NCBI RefSeq assembly: GCF_963921235.1
Contig: NC_086104.1
Coordinates: 42,408,001-42,472,000, forward strand
Direction: 5' to 3'
From: Mobula hypostoma
Taxonomy: Eukaryota
DNA length: 64,000 bases
Shown: positions 51,482 to 64,000 of the stretch, one piece after another
Layout: each line of letters begins with the position of its first letter
Numbering within the stretch: the stretch's first letter is position 1
Program-made: the position numbers and the translations under genes
The notes under the pieces: generated by a model
Told to the model about the DNA's origin: nothing
The model's database searches: none
What the model saw: the letters and a program-made list of their open reading frames with translations, nothing else

Positions 51482-51924
51482 TAAGAGAGCAATCTTTTTG
51501 TTGCTGTTTGAGTGTTGCTGTAGCTGTAGCTGTTGCTTGTATTTCATGTGTAGTCTGAATTATGTTTGTTTATATGTGGAATAGCATAGGTTAGATTTGA
51601 CAGTTCCTACAACTATATGTTTTAAGTTTTCAAGCCTGTGGAGATATTTGACTGTTTTCTGCATATTATCACCTGAAGTACATGTAGGAAGATTAGTTTA
51701 TTTCTTGCAGATACAGATTTCAATTATCTTTTTAATATTGCTTTGCATTTCAAGACGAATTATAAAGGTGCGTTTTATTACTGTGTCATCGAGAGAAGAT
51801 GAGTTTATTCAAGTTAAAATTTGCCTTCTCAAGTAATACTGCTAGATTCTAGATCATTGCCTGTTAGTTGCTTTTGTGCAAATTCCGACCTTTATTTGGG
51901 GTCTTAGTCAGTGATTCATAGAGT

Positions 51925-52270
51925 ACAGAAATGACCACCTCAATTTACTTTGTCCATGTCAACCATCAGGCAGCCGTTTACACTAATTCTGCATTAATTC
52001 TAAATTTATTCTCCCGACTTTCTCATCAAGTCCCCTCAGATGTTACCACTCACTTACACTTTAGAGGCAATATACTGTACAATGCCGAATTAATCGACAA
52101 ACCTGCAGGTCCTTGTGATGTTGGAGGAAACTGGAGAACCTGCAGGAAACCCATGGGGTCACAGAAAGAATGTGTGCACTCCCTGCAGACAGTACGTGAA
52201 GTCAGGATTGAACCAGCATCTCTGGTGCTGAGAGGTAGTGGCTCTGTTACCTGTGCCATTCTGCTGCCCT
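51925..52270 (-). mobile_element. HE1-type tRNA-derived V-SINE
   Basis: Minus strand has B-box GGTTCAATCC, V-domain-like TGGGTTTCCTGCAGGTTCTCCAGTTTCCTCC and a CR1-like tail. Confidence 0.7.
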
Positions 52271-52436
52271 AATGGTCTCACCGCAGTAACTTTTTATACT
52301 CCTGCAGTAACGTTATAAACAGTGCTTAGAATACATAAATGGTGTTTAGAATACATAAATGCTTGGTTGGCATCTTTCAACCTGTTGAGAGTTTATTTTA
52401 CTGACAGTTACATGAGACTTTTGGTACCTTTTCCAG

Positions 52437-52526
52437 TGGGTGGCTTGGCTGGAAAAACAAAAATGATGAAGAAGCAGTGCAAAAGCAGAAGCCAAAGGTT
52501 GAACCTGCAACCCCTCTTCCTGTAAG
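52437..52526 (+). CDS. RAB3GAP2: RAB3GAP2 exon 12
   Basis: [29 protein letters not shown](R); 90 bp. Confidence 0.97.
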
Positions 52527-53414
52527 GTGGGTTAACTATACAGTTAACAACTGTTTGAAAAACATTGAGGAAATGCAACAGTATTCTTCACATAATGTCT
52601 GTCAAGGATTTCGTAATCACAGCAGCCGTAGTTTTCTGATATTTGTTTTTGCAACATGCAGTGCTGTTATTAGAAGTTTTTTCAAGAAAGTTAGAGACTG
52701 TTTTAGTCGCTAGATTTACAACCCTGCCTTGCAGTTTATTTCTTGCAGGGCATTTTTCTCATATGACTGAAATTGTATCTGAGAACCTGTCAGTGCATTA
52801 CAAATGTTGTCTGGCATTTACATTTTTTTCACTCCTATTGTTTGTCATTGATATTAAATAGTATGGTTATCATCCCTGCAGCCAGTGGATCTCTTTGCCT
52901 GATTGAATTTCCTTTAGAGTCTTCAAGAAAAGTAACCACTGCTTCTTCAACTTGCGCATGTAATGACAATTCCTAGTTCCTCAGACTACTCACCCATATC
53001 TTTTCTGCAGCTAATTCAGTCGTTTCATATCCTTCATAAAACATTATGCCTGGAATTGGGCGAAATACTCAGCAGAGCTGAGGTATCCTACGTATATGTT
53101 TAGCAAAACCTCCTGGCACTTTTTTCTCCACTTAATAAGTCCTGAATCCATATTCTTTATTAATTGACTTTGTTACCATCAAATATTTGTGCACAAATAG
53201 CCCTGTCTCTTCCTCTCTCCATAGAATTGTTACAATAGAGGAAATCTGTTATCCAGACCTGAACTGTCGACTCTTCATTTCCCTTCAGAGATAGTGTATC
53301 ACCTGTTGTCTTCCTGCAGTAGGTTTTTTTTGGCTATCTTGCCATTTATTATGATATCTGTCTCTGGTATTGTCAGCAGGAATTTTATTTTACCTGTAAT
53401 TCTTTTCTTTTTTT

Positions 53415-53615
53415 GACCCTCCAAATATCCGGACCTGCCTCTCGGTTTTTTGCACTACCTTACTTTCCCTTTTCTATTTTCTATTTATGATTTATAATTT
53501 AAATTTTTACTATTTACTATCGATTTGTACTCCAGGGAGCGTGTAGTGCAGAATCAAATATCGCTGTTATGATTGTACGCTCTAGTATCAGTTGTTTGGC
53601 GACAATAAAGTAAAG
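53415..53615 (+). repeat. LINE 3' tail fragment (Rex1-like)
   Basis: AATAAA followed by (AAAGT)n tail. Confidence 0.5.
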
Positions 53616-53639
53616 TGTAAACTCCCCAAACTTGTGTAA

Positions 53640-54420
53640 GCAGCAGTGTAACAATCAATATTTTCCTGTTAATTCTGGTTAATTGGGACACATCGGGACC
53701 AGTACATTTTGGTTCATTTAAGCAGCTGCCGCAATAGGGCAAAGTTTCATGGGAGTAGTTAAAAGATGAACTATTGTTTAACTGAGTAACAGATTATGTA
53801 TTTAAATAAACTACAGAACCATTTAGAACACTATCAATACTACTACAGTACTATAAAACTGTGTATTAGTTCCTAATTGTTATCAATGGAGGAATTCATC
53901 CAGTATACCTGAATGCTGGCGCGTTGTTTTGATTGACTGTAAATGAACAAAATCAGCACAGGCACCTAGATTGTCGTCATACAATGCTATCGACGATTGC
54001 ATTCTCTAAGCCTTCATTTTCATTGTAACATTCCAGATGATTGCAGATCCCTTCAAATTCTTCGTAGGTCCTAACTTACTAAAGTAGTGAGTTCCTTTCA
54101 TTTCACTCCGTATGCTTCTGGCATCTCTAAGTATGAATGCTTGAAACCACAGTGAGCAAAACAGTTGTGAATTGTCTTACTGCTTGTTTCTCGACAACTA
54201 TCAGTGACAAAAATCATTGCTTTTTGAACACGTGAATGCAACTGGCGCTACTTAAAAATTGTTTGCCCTAAGCAAGGTGTAGTATCTGATGGCCACACAA
54301 GTACATGTATCCAGTGCTAGTTAAACCATTCAGCACTAATCTCCTCCGCCAGTTATGCACCACAGAGTCCGAAATAAACAAAGGGGATCCCAGCTATTTT
54401 CTCAAACATGAGTGTTTGAA
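53640..54420. mobile_element. Non-coding DNA-transposon-like repeat (same family as 24880-25619)
   Basis: Shared blocks GATTGACTGTAAATGAACAAAATCAGC and ACTATCAGTGACAAAAATCA. Confidence 0.55.
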
Positions 54421-57154
54421 TCCAGTGCAGATTTCCCTAAAGTGCAATCATTCATTGACTCCACTCATGCCCTTGCAGATACTCCTGAAGGCTGTTTCTA
54501 GGAAAGTGTCAGGCTATAATCTTCAAGAATCTCTGTAGCTGTCACGCACAAAGAACACTGCTCTTCACTAACCTGTCAAGATTCCCTGTGAACACTGCCT
54601 TGCCTTCAGAATGTTGCTTTATTAGGATAGGTACTTTAAGAGCTGCTCACAAACATTGCACCTCTTTGGCTACATGTTAATAATTCTGGAACTTGCAACA
54701 TATCAGTAGGGAGCTTAGTGTACTGTTACACAAGGAAATCCAACATCACTGAACATTTTTAATCACTTTTTTTAGTCTATTCACAGTGTTCTGTTGACCT
54801 GCTTAGTAAACTAATACTAAAGGATGCATGTGGGTTAGTTTCTTAACTGCGTAATTAAAAATTTCTCCTGTATAAGTTGATATAAAACATTTGTTGCTTT
54901 GTCCTCATCCACCCTCTGTTATCTCATCTCGTGTTGTGGTTTTGCAAGTTATCAGCAATTGCACGATAGTTAGTCATATTTGGCAGCTGAAGGCATTTTT
55001 TTGTATCCTGGGGAAAAAAAGGTTGTTTAAGAGCTTATTTTACTATTTATTTATGTGACGTGGGTTCCAGATGTGCGCTGCTTTGGGAATCATAGGTTCT
55101 AACAGCACTTTATTAAGCTAACACTTAATATACAAAAATCTGTGCAACTACTGTGTACTGAAAACTTCTCACTCTGCCATTGCATATTAACAAAAATTAT
55201 TAGATGTCGCATTCTATTTTCACTCAAGGCATCATTTTTTTGACATTTAAGTTTTGTGATGGAAGTAATTTCTCTTGTATTGTCACTCTTAATACTTAAC
55301 AGTTTTTTGTTTCTTCCTTCAGAGTTGAAAAAGGAAATTTGTACAGTTTTCTGATATTTCCATAATTTCTTGTGCCTAGAGCAACATTTACCTCTTGAGT
55401 CATACCACCAAAAATTATATTTGCATTATGTAAACAATTGCATTTGTATTGGCAGCTATATTTATTACAACAGTCACTACAGTTTGGAAGTATGTAAAAG
55501 GCTGTGAAGTGTATTTAGCTGAGAGCTACATTGAATTACTGTACATTTATTTTGCAGGCCTACCAAGGCCACATCAGAACTGTGGTCCATATCAACCTCC
55601 TACCCTGTCTCCTTCAGCATAGACTCAGAAAGGTTTTTGAGATTTCTTTCAGACATGGAAAATATTGTCCCCAGCCTAGATTAGGCTGCAAGTTCTCCTT
55701 GGTATCACATGAGAATTACCAGTTTTGAGAGTACTGTTTCGCAGATATAGTTATATCCTAACAATCTTATCCATCAACTAACTTGTCAGACTTTTTGTCA
55801 ACCAATTCTGGTACCAAGACAATCCCAGATGTTGTCAAATAAGCTTTCAAGTGGCACTTGTTAGTGGAAGATTTAGGTTACTCCTGGTTCTCCTAAATTC
55901 AGATTGCTTCGTTGGATTATTGCTAAAGTTGCTGACTATGAAAGGTGAATTGAGAGTGACTGCTTTGATGTAAAGGCAGCTTTTGAATATGGCATCAAGT
56001 AGATTCAAGGTGAACATTCCTTCAGTTGGAGTCTAACCTTGCAGAAGGGAAGGAGGTGGTGATTGTAGGATAGACATCCAGGTCCTAGCAGATTGTTGAA
56101 CTTCCTTGGGATAGTGCCCTCAAGGCAATCATTCTTGACTGATTCATTAGTTGCCTTCCCTTTGATCAAATGTGGGGATATTCACTGATACTTAGTGTTC
56201 ATTTTTTATCAAATAGCAAAACAAAATTTGGGTGTCAAAGGGCAAATAACATCTACAATCACAATGGCAGCTTGTTTTAAAAAAACAATCTAACCACCTT
56301 TCCTTGATATTAAGTGGCTTTAGTACTATAGAATCTTTTTCATGAGCAATATTTAGAGGTCAGCAATGGATTCAAGATTCAAAAAACTTTATTGTCATTC
56401 TAACCGTACATCAGCTCTGCAGGGCAGAATGAGACAGTGTTTCTCAGGAGCAGTGCAATCATAACATAACAAACACAACGCTAAATAATAAACATAACAA
56501 TAAATAGTAAAACACAACAGCCACATGTCAGTTAAAATCAAGTTGTAAGTGTCCAGTGCAAGTTAAAAGTGTCCAAAGCAGAGTCAGGTAGAGCAGGTAT
56601 TTAGCAGTCTGACTGATTAAAAGTTAATTGTAACATCTACGTAAGCTTGGCTTTAGGTGCAGGTCTGAGCTACAGTGAATAATCTGCAGCAAATAACCTG
56701 CTTATTGACTCAAAAACAGTTATGCTACCTACAAGATGCAAAATGGGACTGGTATTGATTTATCTATATTGTCTAGTCTGCAAAAATCAGCAGTTCAAAA
56801 CCAAAAGGCAAAAGTTATTTTGATAGGCATCTCATCCACCAGCCTAAACATTAATCTTCTCCATTATCAGCACAATAAAATTGCATTGAATGCATTGCAG
56901 CAACTCAAAAGCCCACTCTTAATCCAGTGCAACCTAAAATGACAAGGACAGCGGAACAGAGAACATAGAATGAACACCTCCAATTTTCTTCTAAGTTGGA
57001 AATGGTATTCACTTGGAAATAGTTGTGGGTTCAAGATCCTGGAAGTATTTGTTAAAGAGCAAAAGGAGTTAAACTAAATATATGAATTTCCATTCCATGT
57101 TTATTTCTACCTATTAGCTGTTCTGTACATGTTTAATGTAGCTTATAGAAACAT

Positions 57155-57356
57155 GATGAAGAAAGCCTTTAACTCAGAGTGGAGTCATCGGGATGCCGTC
57201 ATGATGGAGTTTTTTTTAGCAGGCTTTCTTATTTTTACGAGGCCGAGTTGCTAGCTCGATGCTCAACCCAGCATGGATGGAAAGCCGGCTGGATTCAAAC
57301 TCGGGAGCCTTCGCTCTGAAGTCCGGCGCTGATGCCACTGTGCCACCAGTTGGCCA
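57155..57356 (-). mobile_element. tRNA-derived SINE inserted in a CR1 tail
   Basis: Minus strand A-box TGGCACAGTGG, B-box GAGTTTGAATCC, tail TTTCTTCATC; 13-bp TSD CTTATAGAAACAT at 57142-57154 and 57357-57369. Confidence 0.8.
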
Positions 57357-57359
57357 CTT

Positions 57360-59473
57360 ATAGAAACATAGAAAATCTACAGCACAATACAGGCCCTTCG
57401 GCCCACAAAGTAGTGCCGAACATGTCCCTACCTTAGAAATTACTAGGGTTACGCATAGCTGTCTATTTTTGTAAGCTCATGTACCTGTCCAAAAGAGTCT
57501 TAAAAGACCTTATCATATCCGCCTCCACCACCATTGCCGGCAGCCCATTCCACGCACTCACCACTCTGTGTTTAAAAAAAAACACTTACCCCTGACATCT
57601 CCTCTGTACCTACTCCCAAGCACCTTAAACCTGTGCCCTCTTGTGGCAGCCATTTCAGCCCTGGGAAAAAGCCTCTGACTATCCACACGATCAATGCCTC
57701 TTATCATCTTATACACCTCTATCAGGTCACCTCTCGTCCTCCGTCGCTCCAAGGAGAAAAGGCCGAGTTCACTCAACCTATTCTCATAAGGCATGCTCCC
57801 CAATCCAGGCAACATCCTTGTAAATCTCCTTTGCACCCTTTCTATCATTTCCACATCCTTCCTGTAGTGAGACAACCAGAACTGAACACAGTACTCCCAA
57901 GTGGGGTCTGACTGGAGTCCTGTGTAGCTGCAACATTACCTCTCGGCTCCTAAATTCAATTCCACGATTGATGAAGGCTAATACACCACAGAGTCAACCT
58001 GTGCAGCTGCTTTGAGCATCCTATGGACTCAGACTTGGACCCCAAGATCCCTCTGATCCTCCACACTGCCAAGAGTCTTACCATTAATACTATATCCTGC
58101 CATCATATTTGACCTACCAAAATGAACCACTTCACACTTACCTGGCTTGAACGCCATCTGCCACCTCTCAGCCCAGTTTTGCATCCTATCAATGTTCCGC
58201 TGCAACCTCTGACAGCCCTTTACACTATCCACAACACTCCCAACCTTTGTGTCATCAGCAAACTTATTAACCCATCCCTCCACTTCCTCATCCAGGTCAT
58301 TTATAAAAATCACGAAGAGTAAGGATCCCAGAACAGATCCTTGAGGTACACCACTGGTCACCGACCTCCATGCAGAATATGACCCATCTACAACCACTCT
58401 TTGCCTTCTGTGGGCAAACCAGTTCTGGATCCACAAAGCAAACTCCCCTTGGATCCCATGCCTCCTTACTTTCTCAATAAGCCTTGCATGGGGTACCTTG
58501 TCAAATGCCTTGCTGAAATCCATATACACTACATCTACTGCTCTTCCTTCATCAATGTGTTTAGTCACATCCTCAAAAAATTCAAACAGGCTTGACAAAG
58601 CCATGCTGACTATTCCTAATCATATTATACCTCTCCAAATGTTCATAAATCCTGCCTGTCAGGATTTTCTCCATCAACTTACCAACCACTGAAGTAACAC
58701 TCACTGGTCTATAATTTCCTGGGCTATCTCTGCTCCCTTTCTTGAATAAGGGAACAACATCCGCAACCCTCCAATCCTCCGGAACCTCTCCTGTCTTCAT
58801 TGATGATGCAAAGATCATTGTCAGAGGCTCAGCAATCTCCTCCCTCGCCTCCCACTGTAGCCTGGGGTACATATCATCTGGTCCCGGCGACTTATCCAAC
58901 TTGATGCTTTCCAAAAGATTCAGCACATTCCTTTTCTTAATATCTACATTCTCAAGCTTTTCAGTCTGCTGCAAGTCATCACTACGATCACCAAGATCCT
59001 TTTCCATAGTCAATACTGAAGCAAAGTATTTATTAAGTACCTCTGCCATTTCCTCTGGTTCCATGCACACTTTTCCACTGTCACACTTGATAGGTCCTAT
59101 TCTTTCATGTCTTATCCTCTTGCTCTTCACATGCTTGTAGAATTCCTTGGGGTTTTTCTTAATCCTGTCAGCCCAGCCTTCTCATGGCCCCTTCTGGCTC
59201 TCCTAATTTCCTTCTTAAGCTCCTTCTTGTTAGCCTTGTAATCTTCTAGATCTCTAACATTACCTAGCTCTCTGAACCTTTCGTAAGCTCTTCTTCTTGA
59301 CTAGATTTACTGTACTTCAGCCTTTGTACACTACGGTTCCTGTACCCTACCACAACTTCCCTGTCTCTTTGGAATGTACCTATGCAGAACTCCACACAAA
59401 TAACCCTTGAACATTTGCCACATTTCTTCTGTACCTTTCCCTGAGAACATCTGTTCCCAATTTCTGTTCCCAA
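57360..59473 (-). mobile_element. 5'-truncated CR1 LINE (same subfamily as 20378-24230)
   Basis: ORFs 58582..59130, 58029..58604 and 57558..57875 are nearly identical in peptide to ORF 22567..23457 and downstream. Confidence 0.95.
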
Positions 59474-59783
59474 GAGCTTGTCTCCAAAGCTTCTTGGAGA
59501 CTTTATTTCTTAGCAGAAAATCTTGTTTTTTTAAATTTCATTGTAGCTTTGATTGTTGATTCAAAGGATGCCCTTGCAGCTCTTGTGCACTATCCACAAG
59601 TTTGTAGTGTGTCCCCTAGTGTCTTGCAGCTCTCTAGCCATCATCTGTCTGAATTGCCATCTAGTTTGGTTAGCTCTTAAACCAACTTGAATTCGGTATT
59701 AATCATAATAGCTCTTGTGTCACTGTTCAAGCTCATAGAAATGACAGTTTATATATTAGTGTTTTTTTTTTACCATTTTATAG

Positions 59784-59923
59784 ATTTGGGATTCCAGATT
59801 CCCGTCGCCGTGGAGAACATATTTGTTTATCACCTTGTAACACTCTGGCCGCTGTAACAGATGATTTTGGCCGTGTCACATTACTGGATGTAGTAAGAGG
59901 AGTAGCAATACGTATGTGGAAAG
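59784..59923 (+). CDS. RAB3GAP2: RAB3GAP2 exon 13
   Basis: [46 protein letters not shown](G); 140 bp. Confidence 0.97.
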
Positions 59924-60328
59924 GTGAGGATGGCATTTATCTGTAACCAATGTAACAAACATACCACATGCTTTGCTAATTTAATTTTTTATTTTATTTA
60001 CAATGGCCAATACCTCACATTTTAATTATTAAAGGACATAATTTTGTAATTAATTGGGAGCCTTAGCCATTCTGAGTAATCTGGATTGCTTGTATCATAT
60101 TCACAAGTTTGAGATACCGTGAATAAATACAATAAAAAAACGTATTTTTCAGCATCTGATATAATACGTTAATGTTTGAAATGCAGTTTATCTATTGTAA
60201 CTGAAGCAAATTTGCTAAATCTTTCTTTATATCAGACCATAAGACATAGAAGCAGAATTTGGCCATTCAGCCCATTGAGTCTGCTCCACCATTCCATCGT
60301 ATATTTCATCAAAATGAACAAAATCTCT

Positions 60329-60481
60329 CTTAGCAACACACACAAAATGCTAGAGTAACTCAGCAGGTCAGGCCGCATCTATGGAAAAGAGTAACCAGTT
60401 GTTTGGCCTGCTGAGTTCCTCCAGCATTTCGTGTGTGTTACTTGGATTTCCAGCATCTGCAGATTTTCTCTTGTTTGTGCT
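60329..60481. mobile_element. Palindromic Penelope-derived mini-element lacking the hammerhead
   Basis: Inverted arms as in 35557-35771; TSD AAAATCTCT at 60320-60328 and 60482-60490. Confidence 0.75.
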
Positions 60482-60554
60482 AAAATCTCTGTTTGGTTTC
60501 TCACAGGGATAATTATAGTTGCTGTCTCTCCTTTAAATCTAATTTGTTTGCTAG

Positions 60555-60771
60555 GATATCGTGATGCAGAGGTAGGCTGGATCCAGGTGGTAGAGGATCT
60601 TCATGAAAGAGAAATTGAGAAAAGCAACGTGTCTCCCTTCAGCAGTCCTACAGGTCTAAGGCGAGTGGCTCAATTCCTGGTTATCTACGCTCCAAGGAGA
60701 GGAATCCTAGAAATATGGAGCACCCAGCAAGGTCCGAGAGTTGGAGCATTTAATGTAGGAAAACACTGCAG
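60555..60771 (+). CDS. RAB3GAP2: RAB3GAP2 exon 14
   Basis: [19 protein letters not shown]...[36 protein letters not shown](R); 217 bp. Confidence 0.97.
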
Positions 60772-61559
60772 GTGTGTAAAGTAGAATATTATCTGAAGTC
60801 ACTGTATTTTCTGTTAAGAGCTTGCTGTGTTTGAATCCACTATGGAAGGAAGAAGACCCTCATTTTACATCTTAGAGTTAAGGTTTCTTGAATGTAATTC
60901 TATTTTGAAAGGAAAGAAGAATACATGTATAATTATTTAAATTATGTTTGAGTAACAAACTACTCTAAACAGCTGTAATTTTTTAACCTTTCATGTTGAA
61001 AGCCCAACTTTTTCCAGTCACCGTCATTCACTTCTTTCCAGCAAAACTTTTTTTTATGACAATTTCTGCATTTGTAGATTGTGCTATGTCATGCTTAACC
61101 TCGAGTGGTCAACTGGTCAAAAAGGTCTTTATAACTCAAAATCTTGCCAGAGTTGCAGGTCAATTATTGCATTTTGCCATGTGGCTCTCTACCTGCCAAC
61201 TTTGCTGAGGTTGTTTAGGCCTTTACAGATGATATGTTCCTCCTGTATGAAGCAGTTTGGCTACCCTAATGCCCATTTTGCATTTAGTGCTGTGTTTTCT
61301 AAATTAATCCAATTTGTTCCATTAAAATTGCCATGTACAAAGGGAACAGATCAAGGGTACACTTTTTTTTATATTATTGAAACCTTTACTAGATTTATAC
61401 TTTGTTGAAAACTCATTATGCTGTTGATGAAATATCTTGAGAGTCAAATGAGATTACTGCAGGCTATTCTCCCCAAGCAAATGTTAATTTAATTTCTTTG
61501 AAAATTGTTATTTTAACTGACATACAAATGCACTTGTCAAATTATAAAGTCACTTAACA

Positions 61560-62620
61560 TTAATGAAATGGTAAAAAGGCACTTAGAAAATAAGAGCATG
61601 ATGCATCCTCAACATGGATTTCTAAAAGGGAAATTTATATTGAACAGCAGAATAGACATGAATCAATTGACATGAATTTTATGCTTGTAGAAGGTCTTCA
61701 GTTGATGCCATACAAGACATTATGTGATTATAGACTGGTGGATTGAGGATTGCTTAGTGTCTCACTGGAGGGGTGCAATGGGACAGTGCTACGACCCAGT
61801 TGTCCAGTTGTTCACAGTCTCTATTGTTGATCTAGCTGAACTGATGTAGTGAATCCAAGTTTGCTTACGATACAATATCCAGGTGGCAGTGGGGTTGAGA
61901 GATGGGTGGAGAATGGCTTCAGGGGAGAGAGAGAGAGAGAGAGAGAGAGATATATATATATATATTAAATGTAATGTGGAAAAATAAGAGGCCATCTATT
62001 TCCATAGAATTAATAAGAAAGTGGAATATTTTCTAATCCGTGAGAAATGGAATTAGAGCTGTTGCTGTTTAGAAAATAGCTTGGATGCTATAAGCAAATC
62101 ACAAAATTAATGTGGAGGTACAGCAAATAATAAGGAAAGCAACTGGTCTGTTGGCTTTCGTTACAAGAAATATATTGGTCCAATTATATAGGGGAAAGGT
62201 GAGACAATATTGTGCACAGGTGTGGTCTGGTCTTCCTGTTTATGGAATGATACAGGAGTGACAGGAAAAAGGTGAAGGATGACTAGACTGACTCCTGGGG
62301 TGGCAAGTGTTGTATGGAGAGAGATGAGGTTGACTGGTCTCACCTACCTTGGGGAAAAGACTGTTACTATGCCTACATTTCTATACTCACCTCTCTTTCT
62401 TCTATGAGCAGAAGATATTTCTGCAGCAAGAGGATAATGCATTTTTGGAATTCTTTACTCGAGAATCGTGGAAGCTATTTTACTATGTATATTCATGTTG
62501 GTTATATAGGTGTTGGTAAATTTTGGGAATGAAGAGATATGGTGTTAGTGAAGAAAAATAGCACTAAGGCAAAAGATCAGCTATGATATTTTTGAATGAT
62601 CAAGTTGCGACAAAGAGCTG
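61560..62620 (+). mobile_element. Highly decayed CR1 fragment containing a (GA)n(TA)n microsatellite at ~61925-61964
   Basis: Remnants QHGF.KG, GV..GTVL.P.LF, and 3' end R.YF...RIMHFWNSL. Confidence 0.55.
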
Positions 62621-62912
62621 AATGTAATTCATTCACGATAACTCAGGTTTGAATTCTGCAAAAAAAAAACAGATGTTTTATTGCAAGTACTTAATGTGCA
62701 AACTTTGAAATCCACTTATGGAATATTAATATCAAAATTTGGTTCCAAATTGAATATCTTATTGTTTATAAAAGAATGCAGAGGTATACAGTGCTGGAAA
62801 AATCATTTGTTGGAAAATGTGGATCATTTTGAGTCTGTATATAAAAAAAGCTGAATAGTATTCTGTATGCTATATAATTCTTGCGATTCTCAATAATGTT
62901 CCTTATTTATAG

Positions 62913-63056
62913 GTTGTTATATCCTGGATACAAGATAATGGGACTGAACAATGTTACCAGCCAGGGTTGGCAGCCACAAACCTACCAGATTTGTCTGATT
63001 GATCCTGTGGATGGTAATGTGAAAACCATCAGTGTTCCCTTTCATCTTGCTCTTAG
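62913..63056 (+). CDS. RAB3GAP2: RAB3GAP2 exon 15
   Basis: [47 protein letters not shown](S); 144 bp. Confidence 0.97.
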
Positions 63057-63611
63057 GTACTTTTTTTTTCAGAAAGATAATAATTAATCATTTCAGTATT
63101 TCACTGCAGTACTTGACCTAATACCATTGGAGACTTGCATGGAAATATTGAGCACATAAATGGAATCTACATTTCAGAAGATCAGCAGTGGTAACTTAAA
63201 AGTGGAAAGTCATGAACCACTTCTATTTTGTGTTTATAGCTGCAGGTTTTGAACTCCAAGTGGGAGAAACTTTTCTTTGTCTACAACCTTCAACCACCTC
63301 TTTATCATAAAGACCTTTCCTTTGTTTTTTTTTGAAGAAAGGAGACCCCAGGCTATTGCCTTTACCTAATTAGTGTCCAGCAATCTGTACCAGCTGCCTC
63401 CCCACTAATAACAAGTGTTGAAGCTTCATAGTTGATAAGTATAGCTATCCAGAAGGTTAGCCATGCAGTTTAGAACAAAACAAGTTAAAGTTGTTTCAGT
63501 ATTGATCTCGGTATTAGTACCAATATGCAGATAGGCTGTTTGTTTTTAATGGATTAAGAGTCTTAAATTTAAAAAATGAAAATGCTATTGATGCACTATT
63601 TTGTTCTTTAG

Positions 63612-63694
63612 TGATAAGAAAAGTGAAAGAGCAAAGGATATGCATTTATTGAAGCGGTTAACTGCTTTGTTGAAGACCAAAATATCTAATCCTG
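63612..63694 (+). CDS. RAB3GAP2: RAB3GAP2 exon 16 (gene continues beyond the window)
   Basis: [27 protein letters not shown]; 83 bp; |gtgggt. Confidence 0.95.
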
Positions 63695-64000
63695 GTGGGT
63701 ATCATATCTTTCTTTTGTAAATGTGAAGAACAGCTATTCACAATAACCACAGTAACATAATAACTTGTTTACTACAACTAATATATTGGTCTTCCAAGGC
63801 TGTTATCAGACTAAAATTCCAGGGCAACAGATATGAACATAAGCATAAAGATGCTTTAGTACTTGCGTTTGCAAAATGTCATGAATATTAATCCACATAT
63901 TTTAGTTTTAAAAATATCTTATTAATTGCTGCTTTAAACCAGTAGAGCGATTGAACAATTTGCTGGTTTTACTGCATTTATAAATTGGTTTATTAGTTCA

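Noticed and set aside
57270-57356. tRNA gene
   Set aside because: Degenerate A/B boxes are followed by a SINE body, tail and TSD; no convincing cloverleaf

Overview
Eukaryotic (vertebrate) genomic DNA. The repeat content (CR1 with ORF1 esterase, HE1-type V-SINE, Rex1/Babar, Neptune-type Penelope, Tc1, hAT) points by inference to a cartilaginous fish, probably a ray. The only host gene is the 5' part of RAB3GAP2 (Rab3 GAP non-catalytic subunit) on the + strand. It has a CpG-rich promoter at ~12.35-12.7 kb and coding exons 1-16 (12517-63694; 1696 nt, 565 codons plus 1 nt), all with GT-AG, phase-consistent junctions, and it continues past the window end. The upstream 12 kb is a nested cluster of decayed retroelements (two Gypsy elements, CR1, R4/Dong-like, L1/Tx1, Rex1). 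The introns are packed with CR1, Rex1, Tc1, hAT and Penelope copies. Most notable: (1) a dispersed family of 150-230 bp Penelope-derived mini-elements, several with TSDs, that carry a minimal type I hammerhead ribozyme motif (CTGAnGA-stem-GAAACGTC), with all copies sense to the pre-mRNA mutated in the core; (2) a CR1 insertion that captured a 58-bp copy of the nearby exon-8 branch-point region; (3) a poly(A)-less internal L1 fragment with a perfect 14-bp TSD; (4) multi-level nested transposons with readable TSDs. Almost all ORFs in the supplied track are TE fragments or spurious. Repeat boundaries without TSDs are approximate.
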